From Candidatus Poseidoniales archaeon (lineage in GTDB: Archaea; Thermoplasmatota; Poseidoniia; Poseidoniales; Poseidoniaceae): a DNA stretch of 64,000 nucleotides. The notes below the pieces were generated by a model. The model was not told the origin of the DNA and did no database searches. It was given only the letters and a program-made list of their open reading frames with translations. Below, piece after piece: positions 18,605 to 27,157 of this stretch (position 1 is its first letter; each line of letters starts with the position of its first letter). The DNA lies in assembly GCA_003602475.1 (NCBI GenBank), contig QQSC01000043.1:20984-84983 (forward strand). The letters run 5' to 3'. Made by a program: the position numbers and the translations under genes.

Positions 18605-21265
18605 TCATTGAGCAAGTTGACGCAGGACCGTGTGAAGAATCCCTCCATTGCGGTAGTATTCCACCTCAACCGGAGTGTCAAGGCGCACCTGTGCTTGGAA
18701 CACCGTGGTGCTGCCGTCTTCCGAGGTGGCCGTGACGTCGAGCCACTGCATGGGTAGAACCTCGTTGGTCACCGGAATGTCAAACCGTTCATGGCCTGTT
18801 AGGCCCAAGGCTTCGTGGGATTCGCCGTCCTTGAATGTCAGTGGTAGGACGCCCATACCAACAAGGTTTGATCGATGAATGCGCTCAAACGATGTGGCAA
18901 TAACCGCTTTAACGCCGAGCAAATAGGTGCCTTTTGCCGCCCAGTCCCTTGAAGATCCCGTGCCGTATTGGCTACCGGCCAAGACAACCTTTGGCGCTGA
19001 GATTTGTGCTGCCTCATAGACCGATTGCACCTCGTTTGTTTCGTGATTCAAGGCCCATCCACCTTCGGTGTCGGGTGCCATTTGGTTCCGAATGCGAACG
19101 TTGGCAAACGTCCCCCGCATCATGATTTCGTGGTTGCCTCTGCGGCTGCCAAAGGAGTTGAAATCACCGTGATCGACCATCCGTTCAGTCAACCATCGTC
19201 CAGCAGGTCCGTCAGCAGGGAAGGAACCGGCAGGTGAAATGTGATCCGTGGTGATTGAATCACCGAGTTTCAACAACACGTGGGCTCCCGAAATGGGCGT
19301 GATGGGTTCGGCCTCTGGCGACAGGCCTGAGAAGAAACTCGGTAGACGAATGTAGGTCGAATCTTCCGCCCAAGGGTAAAGAGGGGATGTTTCGGCAGGG
19401 ATGGCGTTCCACCGCGGTTCGTTCATGGCATCGGCGTAGCGCTGGCGGAACATCTCTGGAGTGATGACAGCCATGGCTTCAGCCAATTCTTCATCGGTTG
19501 GCCAAACTTCGGAGAGCATCACTGGACGGCCGTCCTTGTCAACACCCATCGGTTCTGTGGTCAAATCCATCTCGAGGTTGCCGGCAATAGCGTAGGCAAC
19601 AACGAGTGGAGGGCTGGCCAAGTACGAGGCCTTCACTTTGCCATGGACACGCCCTTCGAAATTGCGGTTGCCCGAAATCACGGAACCAACGATGAGGTTG
19701 GCTTCGTCAATCGCTTCTTCAATGGGCCCGGGAAGAGGGCCTGAATTTCCAATACAGGTGGTGCAACCGTATCCGACAACGTGGAATCCCATGGCGTTCA
19801 AATCGTCTTGGAGTCCAGTGGCTTCGTAGTACTCGGTGACAACACGGCTGCCTGGGGCCAGGGAAGTTTTCACCCAAGGTTTCACATGAAGTCCTCGAGC
19901 ACGTGCTTTTCGAGCGAGCAGACCTGCTGCCAGCATCACACCGGGGTTGGAGGTGTTGGTGCACGATGTGATGGCGGCGATGACCACATCGCCATGGTTG
20001 AGGTCAAACCGCTGGTCGTCCATCTCCACAATGGCCCCGTTTGAACATTGATCAGCCGTCAGTCCGTGGCCGTGGTGGCCAAGGTCGTTCGTGAGGCTAT
20101 CAACGAAATGCTGCTTCATGCTGCTGAGATCCACCCGATCTTGAGGCCGCTTGGGGCCTGCCAGGGCGGGGACGACGTCATCGAGGTTCAATTCCAGAAC
20201 GTCGGTGTACGCCTTCTCGGGTTCGGAACCTTCGCACCACAACCCTTGAGCACGTGCAAAAGCCTCAACACCGCTGATCGCCGTTTCTTCACGACCCGTC
20301 AACCGCAAGTATTCGAGGGTGCGCTCGTCAACGGGGAAAAACCCGCAAGTCGCCCCGTATTCCGGTGCCATGTTGGCGATGGTGGCTCGGTCGGCCAAGG
20401 AGAGGGCTTTCATTCCCGGTCCAAAGAATTCAACGAATTTACCAACGACACCGTGTTCTCGCAGCATCTCCACGATTCGCAGGGTCATGTCGGTAGCTGT
20501 TACTCCAGGCTGAAGAGCACCGGTCAATCGAACCCCAACCACGTCTGGAGCGAGCATGTAAATCGGCTGACCCAGCATCACCGCTTCTGCCTCAATGCCA
20601 CCAACGCCCCAACCGAGCACCCCCAAGCCGTTGACCATCGTGGTGTGAGAATCGGTGCCGACCAAACTGTCGGCCAACCAGACACCTTCCTCTTGCCGAG
20701 CAACGCTGGCCAAAAACTCGAGGTTGACCTGGTGAACGATGCCTCGGGAGGGCGGGACGGCTTGAAAATTTGCCAACGACTGTTGACCCCATTTCAAAAA
20801 CGTGTACCGCTCCATGTTGCGATGGTATTCGATGTCGAGGTTCATGTCCAAAGCATTGGCATGGGCGCCGCTGACGTCCACTTGAACGGAATGGTCGATG
20901 ACCAGGTCAACGGGGACCTGTGGATTGACTTTCTCCGGGTCCCCTCCCATTTCCACCATGGCGTCCCGGAGGGCTGCCAAATCCACAACGGCCGGTACGC
21001 CTGTGAAATCCTGAAGAATGACACGGGATGGGCGGAATGGGATTTCTTCCCGTTCTCCGTTGGGAGTCCACGAAGCAATCCGACGAACATCGTCTTCGGT
21101 GATGAGAAAACCGTCGTGGTTGCGGAGTGCCCCCTCCAGTAAAATCCGAATGGAATAGGGCAGGGTCGAGGTGGGGATGCCGTTAGCGTCCAAGGCATCA
21201 AGAGCGAAGTAATCTCCACCAACATCCAGCGTTCGTCGTGCTTGGAACGGGTCCAAAGTCGCCAT
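18605..21265 (-). CDS. acnA: Aconitate hydratase
   Basis: PYSIRILLEGALRNHDG, VILQDFTGVPAVVDLAALRDA, ITSCTNTSNP, GCTTCIGNSG and SGNRNFEGR are classic aconitase A motifs. The ATG at 21265 is preferred over the GTG at 21283. Confidence 0.93.
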   Translation of the reverse strand: MATLDPFQARRTLDVGGDYFALDALDANGIPTSTLPYSIRILLEGALRNHDGFLITEDDVRRIASWTPNGEREEIPFRPSRVILQDFTGVPAVVDLAALRDAMVEMGGDPEKVNPQVPVDLVIDHSVQVDVSGAHANALDMNLDIEYHRNMERYTFLKWGQQSLANFQAVPPSRGIVHQVNLEFLASVARQEEGVWLADSLVGTDSHTTMVNGLGVLGWGVGGIEAEAVMLGQPIYMLAPDVVGVRLTGALQPGVTATDMTLRIVEMLREHGVVGKFVEFFGPGMKALSLADRATIANMAPEYGATCGFFPVDERTLEYLRLTGREETAISGVEAFARAQGLWCEGSEPEKAYTDVLELNLDDVVPALAGPKRPQDRVDLSSMKQHFVDSLTNDLGHHGHGLTADQCSNGAIVEMDDQRFDLNHGDVVIAAITSCTNTSNPGVMLAAGLLARKARARGLHVKPWVKTSLAPGSRVVTEYYEATGLQDDLNAMGFHVVGYGCTTCIGNSGPLPGPIEEAIDEANLIVGSVISGNRNFEGRVHGKVKASYLASPPLVVAYAIAGNLEMDLTTEPMGVDKDGRPVMLSEVWPTDEELAEAMAVITPEMFRQRYADAMNEPRWNAIPAETSPLYPWAEDSTYIRLPSFFSGLSPEAEPITPISGAHVLLKLGDSITTDHISPAGSFPADGPAGRWLTERMVDHGDFNSFGSRRGNHEIMMRGTFANVRIRNQMAPDTEGGWALNHETNEVQSVYEAAQISAPKVVLAGSQYGTGSSRDWAAKGTYLLGVKAVIATSFERIHRSNLVGMGVLPLTFKDGESHEALGLTGHERFDIPVTNEVLPMQWLDVTATSEDGSTTVFQAQVRLDTPVEVEYYRNGGILHTVLRQLAQ

Positions 21266-21371
21266 GAATCGCCCAATCTTCACCCGTCTATGAAGAAAAC
21301 CCTCGCCGGCGTTGACTCAACCACCAGCCGATGGACCATCGACTGGATGCGATTCGATTGCTGAGTCGTTG

Positions 21372-22379
21372 TCACCAGAACTGGTACCACGGCGTGGTTT
21401 GGGAGCCCACAAAGGTGGCCGATTGCAAGGTCACCTCTTGTTCGGGGCGATCGTTGTCGGCTGTTGCGACCTCAGAAATGGTGGTGATGTCATCGCAACC
21501 TTCCGTGATGGTACCAAACACCGTATGGACGCCGTCCAACCAAGAGGGTGTGCTGTCCGACGGAATCAGGAAGAATTGGCTTCCACCCGTGTCTGCAGCG
21601 CTGGTTTTGGCCATTGAAATTGTACAGGGTTCATGCAACAGGCCGTTGTCAGCCTCGTCGGGGACGGTCCAGGCGTTGTCTCCGGATGTTCCGCAACCGG
21701 GGTCGGTGCTGGGTTGGCCGTTGCACAGGTCGTAGAAATTACCAGCGTGGCCACCGGTGCCGTCGCCGTTGGTGAAATCTCCGCCTTGAATCATGAAGTC
21801 GTCAATAACTCGATGGAAGATTGTGCCGTCGTAAGAGCCGTCTTCAACAAGGGTCTTGAAGTTCTCAACGTGCTTTGGTGCGGCCTCTGGGTGCAATTCA
21901 ATCACGATGGTGCTGCGTTCGTTAGCGTCCCATGCCATTTGCAATTCAACCACATCGGTTGTGGTACCGCTGTTGTTGGCCAGGTTCAAGCCTGCCAGCA
22001 CGAGGACAACGGCCAGGAGAATGGCCACCGCACCAGCAGGTGTTGGCGTCCCGTCGTTGATGAGTCGAGGAAAACTGGTTTCACTGATTCCTTTGTCCTG
22101 CATTTCGTTGAGCAAGTCGTTGTACAGGCGGTCTGTTTTCTTGTCCTTGGGATTGGCTTTTCGAGAGTCACGCAACAATCGGGCAGCGGTGCGATACTCG
22201 CTTCGATTGGTGTTGTTTTTGGCCAGAAGCCATGTTCCATGTCCAGCAAGTCGAAGGGTCGTGGCGTGTTCTCCACGAGGGTCCGCTTCCCGAAGAATGT
22301 TAAGCGCTGATTCACCTTTTCCTTTGTTGAGGGCCTTTTCCGCTTTACCCCACGCTGTGGTTAAGGTTTCGTCCGCCAT
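21372..22379 (-). CDS. Cyclophilin-type peptidyl-prolyl cis-trans isomerase, membrane-anchored
   Basis: The C-terminal domain carries FHRVIDDFMIQGGDFTNGDGTGGH and SMAKT...GSQFF. One TM helix (AVAILLAVVLVLAGLNL) separates it from a ~120-aa helical N-terminal region. The ATG at 22379 is preferred over the GTG at 22415. Confidence 0.85.
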   Translation of the reverse strand: MADETLTTAWGKAEKALNKGKGESALNILREADPRGEHATTLRLAGHGTWLLAKNNTNRSEYRTAARLLRDSRKANPKDKKTDRLYNDLLNEMQDKGISETSFPRLINDGTPTPAGAVAILLAVVLVLAGLNLANNSGTTTDVVELQMAWDANERSTIVIELHPEAAPKHVENFKTLVEDGSYDGTIFHRVIDDFMIQGGDFTNGDGTGGHAGNFYDLCNGQPSTDPGCGTSGDNAWTVPDEADNGLLHEPCTISMAKTSAADTGGSQFFLIPSDSTPSWLDGVHTVFGTITEGCDDITTISEVATADNDRPEQEVTLQSATFVGSQTTPWYQFW

Positions 22380-22530
22380 GGCCCTTCGCACCCATCGCTT
22401 GGTTTTGAGCCTCACCCATCATTTTACCCAAACGGTCCGTTGCTGGGGGGAATGCAACGGCAACATGTTCAAAGAGTGAGAGCGAACCCAGCGAATTATT
22501 CTCGCCCCTACGGGGCTTTGGGTGAACCTC

Positions 22531-24321
22531 ATGGACAGCATCGTCAACGACTTTACCATCAACATCGCCACAGCCAACGGAACAGGTTCCCAATCTGCGA
22601 ACCTCATCCTTCTCCAGTCGTTGTTTGAAATGGGCGTTCCAGTCAGCGGAAAGAACCTCTTCCCCTCCAACATCTCCGGACTTCCAACATGGTACATCGT
22701 TCGTCTCTCCGACAAAGGCTACCAAGCCCCTGGCGACCGAACCCACATCCAAGTTCTGGTGAACCCCGCTACATGGGACGAGGATGTCGCTGCTCTCGAG
22801 CCAGGATCTGTCGTGATTTGGAACAGCGACACCAAAGGAAAGACGGTCGAACGGGAGGACGTGTTCTCCTACCCTGTCCCCATGAGCAGTCTCGCAAGGA
22901 AGATCAACCCGAAAATTGCCAAACTTGTCACCAACATCGTCTATGTTGGCGTTCTGGCAGAATTGCTTGGCATTGACCAAGAAAAATTGGAGAGTGCTGT
23001 CGCAAAGCAATTCAAGGGCAAAACATCCGCCATCGAGCTGAACATCACCGCCCTTGGACTTGGCCGAGATTATTGCAAAGAATCCCTGACAAAGGGCGAC
23101 CCGTACACGGTTCACGCCCGAGAAATCGATGCCCCTCAATTCTTCATTGAAGGCAACGAGGCCGCAGCGCTTGGCGCCCACTACGGAGGCGTCCAACTGC
23201 TGGCATGGTATCCAATCACACCGTCGTCCTCAATGGCTGAAGGCATCATCGCCTACATCCCACGCTTGCGCACCGACGAGGACGGGAAAGCCAACGTTGC
23301 GGTCATTCAGGCCGAAGATGAACTCGCCGCAGCCGGCATGGTATTGGGCGCTGGCTGGGCCGGCGGTCGCGGCATGACCGCCACCTCCGGACCCGGAATC
23401 TCATTGATGCAGGAATTCATTGGCCTTGCCTACTTTGCAGAGATTCCCTCTGTGTTTTGGGACGTCACCCGAGTTGGCCCTTCGACCGGCCTGCCCACCC
23501 GAACACAGCAATCCGACATTTCCATGCTTTACGAAGGCAGCCACGGCGACACCCAGCACATCGTTCTCATTCCCGGAACGGTCGAAGAGTGCTTTGAGTA
23601 CGGATGGAGGGCGTTTGACTATTCCGAACGGTTCCAAACTCCCGTGTTTGGCATGAGCGACCTCGATCTCGGCATGAACCGATGGGCTTGCAGTGGTTTC
23701 ACCTACCCCGACCAGCCCATGGACCGAGGCAAGGTGGTTCGCGAACAGGAAGTGTTTGACGCCTTCGAGACCTTTGGACGGTACCTTGACGTTGATGGCG
23801 ACGGCATCCCCTACAGAACGCTCCCCGGCTCGGGCATGGACCCCATCCTCTACCGTGGCACTGGCCACAACCCCATGGGCGTTTACTCCGAAAAGCCGGA
23901 GGACTATTACAACCTCATGCAGCGACTGAGGACCAAAATCGACAACGCTCGGGACCTCCTACCAGCACCTGTCCTTCGACAAGAAGAAGAATGTGAGGTC
24001 GGTATCGTCTTCCTTGGAAGCATGGAAAACTCAATTCAGGAAATCGACGACATCCTCGAAGCCACCGGCCTCAAAGTCAGCCAGTGTCGGGTTCGAGCCC
24101 TGCCGTTGCACTCCGATGTCGAAGCCTTTGTTCGGCGACATGAAGTGAACATCGTCTTGGAAATCAACCGGGATGGACAACTTTGGGGCATCTTCCGCCG
24201 TGAACTGCCCAACGACTTGGTCAACAAGGTGCATTCCGTTGCATACAGCGACGGCATGCCGCCTCGCGCTCAAATCTATGCGGATTTGATCATGGCCAAA
24301 CTTGAGGAGGTGAAGCAATGA
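22531..24321 (+). CDS. korA: 2-oxoacid:ferredoxin oxidoreductase alpha subunit (fused gamma-alpha type)
   Basis: The N-terminal ANGTGSQSAN gamma-like domain is followed by GNEAAALGAHYGGVQLLAWYPITPSS. An ATGA overlap joins it to the beta subunit gene. Confidence 0.88.
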   Translation: MDSIVNDFTINIATANGTGSQSANLILLQSLFEMGVPVSGKNLFPSNISGLPTWYIVRLSDKGYQAPGDRTHIQVLVNPATWDEDVAALEPGSVVIWNSDTKGKTVEREDVFSYPVPMSSLARKINPKIAKLVTNIVYVGVLAELLGIDQEKLESAVAKQFKGKTSAIELNITALGLGRDYCKESLTKGDPYTVHAREIDAPQFFIEGNEAAALGAHYGGVQLLAWYPITPSSSMAEGIIAYIPRLRTDEDGKANVAVIQAEDELAAAGMVLGAGWAGGRGMTATSGPGISLMQEFIGLAYFAEIPSVFWDVTRVGPSTGLPTRTQQSDISMLYEGSHGDTQHIVLIPGTVEECFEYGWRAFDYSERFQTPVFGMSDLDLGMNRWACSGFTYPDQPMDRGKVVREQEVFDAFETFGRYLDVDGDGIPYRTLPGSGMDPILYRGTGHNPMGVYSEKPEDYYNLMQRLRTKIDNARDLLPAPVLRQEEECEVGIVFLGSMENSIQEIDDILEATGLKVSQCRVRALPLHSDVEAFVRRHEVNIVLEINRDGQLWGIFRRELPNDLVNKVHSVAYSDGMPPRAQIYADLIMAKLEEVKQ

Positions 24322-25364
24322 GCGAAAAACCCGCACGTGCTGTTAAACTGAACGTCATCAACGAACCCAAGGACAGTTACACCGGAGGAAAATCTTCACT
24401 CTGCCCGGGTTGTGGTCACGACCAAATTTCCAACGTGGTTGTAACCGCAGCTTGGGAAAACGGCCTCGAGCCTCATCGAATCGCCAAAATGTCAGGCATC
24501 GGTTGCTCCTCGAAAACACCTGCCTATTACCTCGGTCAATCCCATGGATTCAACACCGTTCACGGACGCATGCCATCGGTCACCACGGGAGCCTACGCCA
24601 TCAACAAGGATTTGCTCTACCTCGGTGTATCCGGCGACGGCGACTCGGCGTCGATTGGCATCGGCCAACTTATCCACGCCATACGCCGCAACATGGACAT
24701 GGTTTACATCGTGGAGAACAACGGCGTTTACGGCCTGACCAAAGGCCAATATTCCGCTACAGCTGATGTGGGCTCAAAGAAGAAGAAAGGCCAACCAAAC
24801 GAGACCCAACCCATTGACCTGTGCGCTTTGGCCATCAACTTGGGCTGCACGTTCGTGGCACGTTCCTTCTCCGGCTCAAAAAAGCAATTGACGTCGTTGC
24901 TCAAGGCAGCCATGTCCCACAAAGGCTTCGCTTTGATCGATGTTATTTCCCCATGTGTGACCTTCAACAACAACGACGAATCAATGCGCTCGTACGGCTA
25001 CGTCAAAGAGAACGAAATCACGCTCCACATGGCCGACTACATCCCCCACTTCAACCCCGTTCAAGAGGTGGAAGTCCCTGAAGGTCACTTCAGAGACATC
25101 ACACTTCACGACGGATCGACCATTCGACTGGAAACCATCTCGGCCGAACACGACCCCGGAGACGCCATGGCTGCTCTCACGGCCCTTCACAACGCAGAGC
25201 AATCTGCGAAACACGTCACCGGACTGCTTTACTTTGATGCCAGCAAACCGTCACTTGCGGAAGACTTGGGCATCGTTGACACCCCGCTGCTCGATGTGAG
25301 TGATGAAGAGTTGCGACCCAGCAAGGCATCGTTGGATGCGTTGAACGCAGAGTTCCTCTCGTGA
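24318..25364 (+). CDS. korB: 2-oxoacid:ferredoxin oxidoreductase beta subunit (TPP-binding)
   Basis: CPGCGHD near the N-terminus. The GVSGDGDSASIG...NNGVYGLTKGQ region matches the TPP-binding GDG..N motif. Confidence 0.88.
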   Translation: MSEKPARAVKLNVINEPKDSYTGGKSSLCPGCGHDQISNVVVTAAWENGLEPHRIAKMSGIGCSSKTPAYYLGQSHGFNTVHGRMPSVTTGAYAINKDLLYLGVSGDGDSASIGIGQLIHAIRRNMDMVYIVENNGVYGLTKGQYSATADVGSKKKKGQPNETQPIDLCALAINLGCTFVARSFSGSKKQLTSLLKAAMSHKGFALIDVISPCVTFNNNDESMRSYGYVKENEITLHMADYIPHFNPVQEVEVPEGHFRDITLHDGSTIRLETISAEHDPGDAMAALTALHNAEQSAKHVTGLLYFDASKPSLAEDLGIVDTPLLDVSDEELRPSKASLDALNAEFLS

Positions 25365-25414
25365 ACGGGCTTTTTGTCGGTTCTCATATATAGGACGAGT
25401 TTGAGAAACTGTCT

Positions 25415-26302
25415 GTGGTTCTCGTAGAAACCTTGGCTCTGAGCGCCGGACTTGCAGGTGCAGGCGTCTGGTTGCTTTGGCGTTCATGGCAGCATCGAAA
25501 CCTGCAACTTCGCCGCCAAGCTCTTGCTGAGAAATACAGCACTTCGTTCCAATTGAACGTTCGAGGAGGACGTCCGAGGATGGTGGTGAACATGCCGCAA
25601 ATCAGTGATGTGCCTGCCGAAGAACAAGCGGCCTACCAACAACGTGAGGCTGACCGTCAGCGGCTCTACGAAGACCTCGGGCTCGTCATTCCGATTGGAG
25701 AAACCGCTTCGGACGAACCGCCGAACGAACAAGAGCGCTCCGATGAGCTGGCATTCCGGCTGGATTGGATTGACGACTATGGCCCACCACTTCACGAACA
25801 CGCTACGGTGGTAGCTGAAGAGCATGTCGGCAGTGGGGTGGAGGTTTCAACGGTCAGCAAAGAAGAGGAGGCTGAAATCGAAGGACGTGTCGAACGCGAA
25901 GGAGGAGATTCTGGAATCGTCCAAATCTCGTTGGCTTGGGACGACTACAACGACCTGGATCTCCACGTGTTTTGTCCCTCGGATGAGCGCATTTACTTCA
26001 ACAACAAAAAAAGCGAATGCAAAGGCGTGTTGGATGTTGACATGAACGTCCGACCAGTATCCCGGAAACCTGTGGAGAACGTGGTGTGGAAATCCGATGC
26101 CCCGCTGGGTTCGTACAAAGTGGGCGTTCATTTCTACAAACATCATCGCAAAAAGCGCACCAAGCGTACCACGAAATACACACTTCTCGTGTCAACTCAT
26201 GGACGGACAAAGACCTACAAAGGTCGAATCAAGTACGGTACGGCCATGCAAATGGTCACCTCGTTCACCCTCGCTGAATTGGAGAAAAAGTCGTTGCCCT
26301 GA
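25415..26302 (+). CDS. Hypothetical membrane-anchored protein with C-terminal DUF2135/YfaP-like domain
   Basis: GTG start and N-terminal TM helix LVETLALSAGLAGAGVWLLW. The C-terminal block at 25916-26146 (LAWDDYNDLDLHVFCP..ERIYFNN......GVLDVDMN......PVENVVW..APLGSYKVGVHFYKHH) resembles, from memory, the DUF2135 pattern. Confidence 0.5.
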   Translation: MVLVETLALSAGLAGAGVWLLWRSWQHRNLQLRRQALAEKYSTSFQLNVRGGRPRMVVNMPQISDVPAEEQAAYQQREADRQRLYEDLGLVIPIGETASDEPPNEQERSDELAFRLDWIDDYGPPLHEHATVVAEEHVGSGVEVSTVSKEEEAEIEGRVEREGGDSGIVQISLAWDDYNDLDLHVFCPSDERIYFNNKKSECKGVLDVDMNVRPVSRKPVENVVWKSDAPLGSYKVGVHFYKHHRKKRTKRTTKYTLLVSTHGRTKTYKGRIKYGTAMQMVTSFTLAELEKKSLP

Positions 26303-26321
26303 GGGGCGCCGTGGGTTGGCC

Positions 26322-27053
26322 TTACCCGGAGTGTTCCAAACGTTCAACAATGGCTTGAACAAGGGGAGCAAACGTTTCTCCGTGTGGGAAAGGCGACACA
26401 ACAGAAGCGGCTTCAGCAACCTCCGGGAAGGCCCCGCCCACGGCCACCGACCACGCTGCTGCTGCAAACATCGACAGGTCGTTGGGGGCGTCACCAACCA
26501 CCAACATCTCGTCCAGTGACCAGGCGTGACGCTGTGCGAGGGCTTCCAAGCCTTGACCTTTGGAGATCACAGGGTCCATGAGGTGAATGGCAAATCCAGT
26601 CCGAACAACATCGAGGTTTGACCAACGGCTTTCAGCCATGGCGCTCTGTATCGCCGCAAGGTCTTCAGTCGGTTTGAGGCACCACTCACTCTCTCGCCAT
26701 TGATTGGACCAAATCCCTTCAGCATTGAGCTGATCAATTCGTTCAGCGAGCCAATCTGCAGCCGCCCTTGCCTCGTCCTTGGTCGCCCTTAAGACAGCTC
26801 CATCCCAGTCTGGGGACCAAAGTACACCTCCGTTTTCACAGCAAATTGGCCCACTGAGACCAATAAACCGCCAAAGCCCATAGGTGATGGGGCGAACATT
26901 TCCCGTGGCCAAGACCACCGGTATGCCATGAGATTCAAGTCTGCGAAGAGCGCCAACGGCTTCGATGTTCAAGCGTTTGTGCTCATCGGTCAACGTGCCA
27001 TCGATGTCAACCGCCACAACGCTGGGGACCCAATCCTCTGGCAACCATTCCAT
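26322..27053 (-). CDS. HAD-superfamily (Cof/SPP-like) phosphatase, possibly phosphoglycolate phosphatase
   Basis: HAD motif I is VAVDIDGTLTD, and motif IV is VVGDAPNDLSMF. The start is taken at ATG 27053 because upstream candidates (27080, 27086, TTG 27104) would abut or overlap the divergent ATPase ORF. Confidence 0.75.
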   Translation of the reverse strand: MEWLPEDWVPSVVAVDIDGTLTDEHKRLNIEAVGALRRLESHGIPVVLATGNVRPITYGLWRFIGLSGPICCENGGVLWSPDWDGAVLRATKDEARAAADWLAERIDQLNAEGIWSNQWRESEWCLKPTEDLAAIQSAMAESRWSNLDVVRTGFAIHLMDPVISKGQGLEALAQRHAWSLDEMLVVGDAPNDLSMFAAAAWSVAVGGAFPEVAEAASVVSPFPHGETFAPLVQAIVERLEHSG

Positions 27054-27157
27054 CGTTCCAAGCAGAAGTCGCTCAACCATGAACATTCGGTATGATTCGG
27101 ACAAGACTTGTTCGCCGAGTGGGAGGCTTCATCAATCCCCAACCTCACCGTCAATTC

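Noticed and set aside
27054-27157. Apparent overlap of the divergent HAD phosphatase (to 27104) and P-type ATPase (from 27092) ORFs.
   Set aside because: This is probably an artefact of taking the longest ORFs. Internal ATGs (27053 and 27158) leave a ~100-bp divergent promoter region. The alternative starts cannot be excluded without TSS data.
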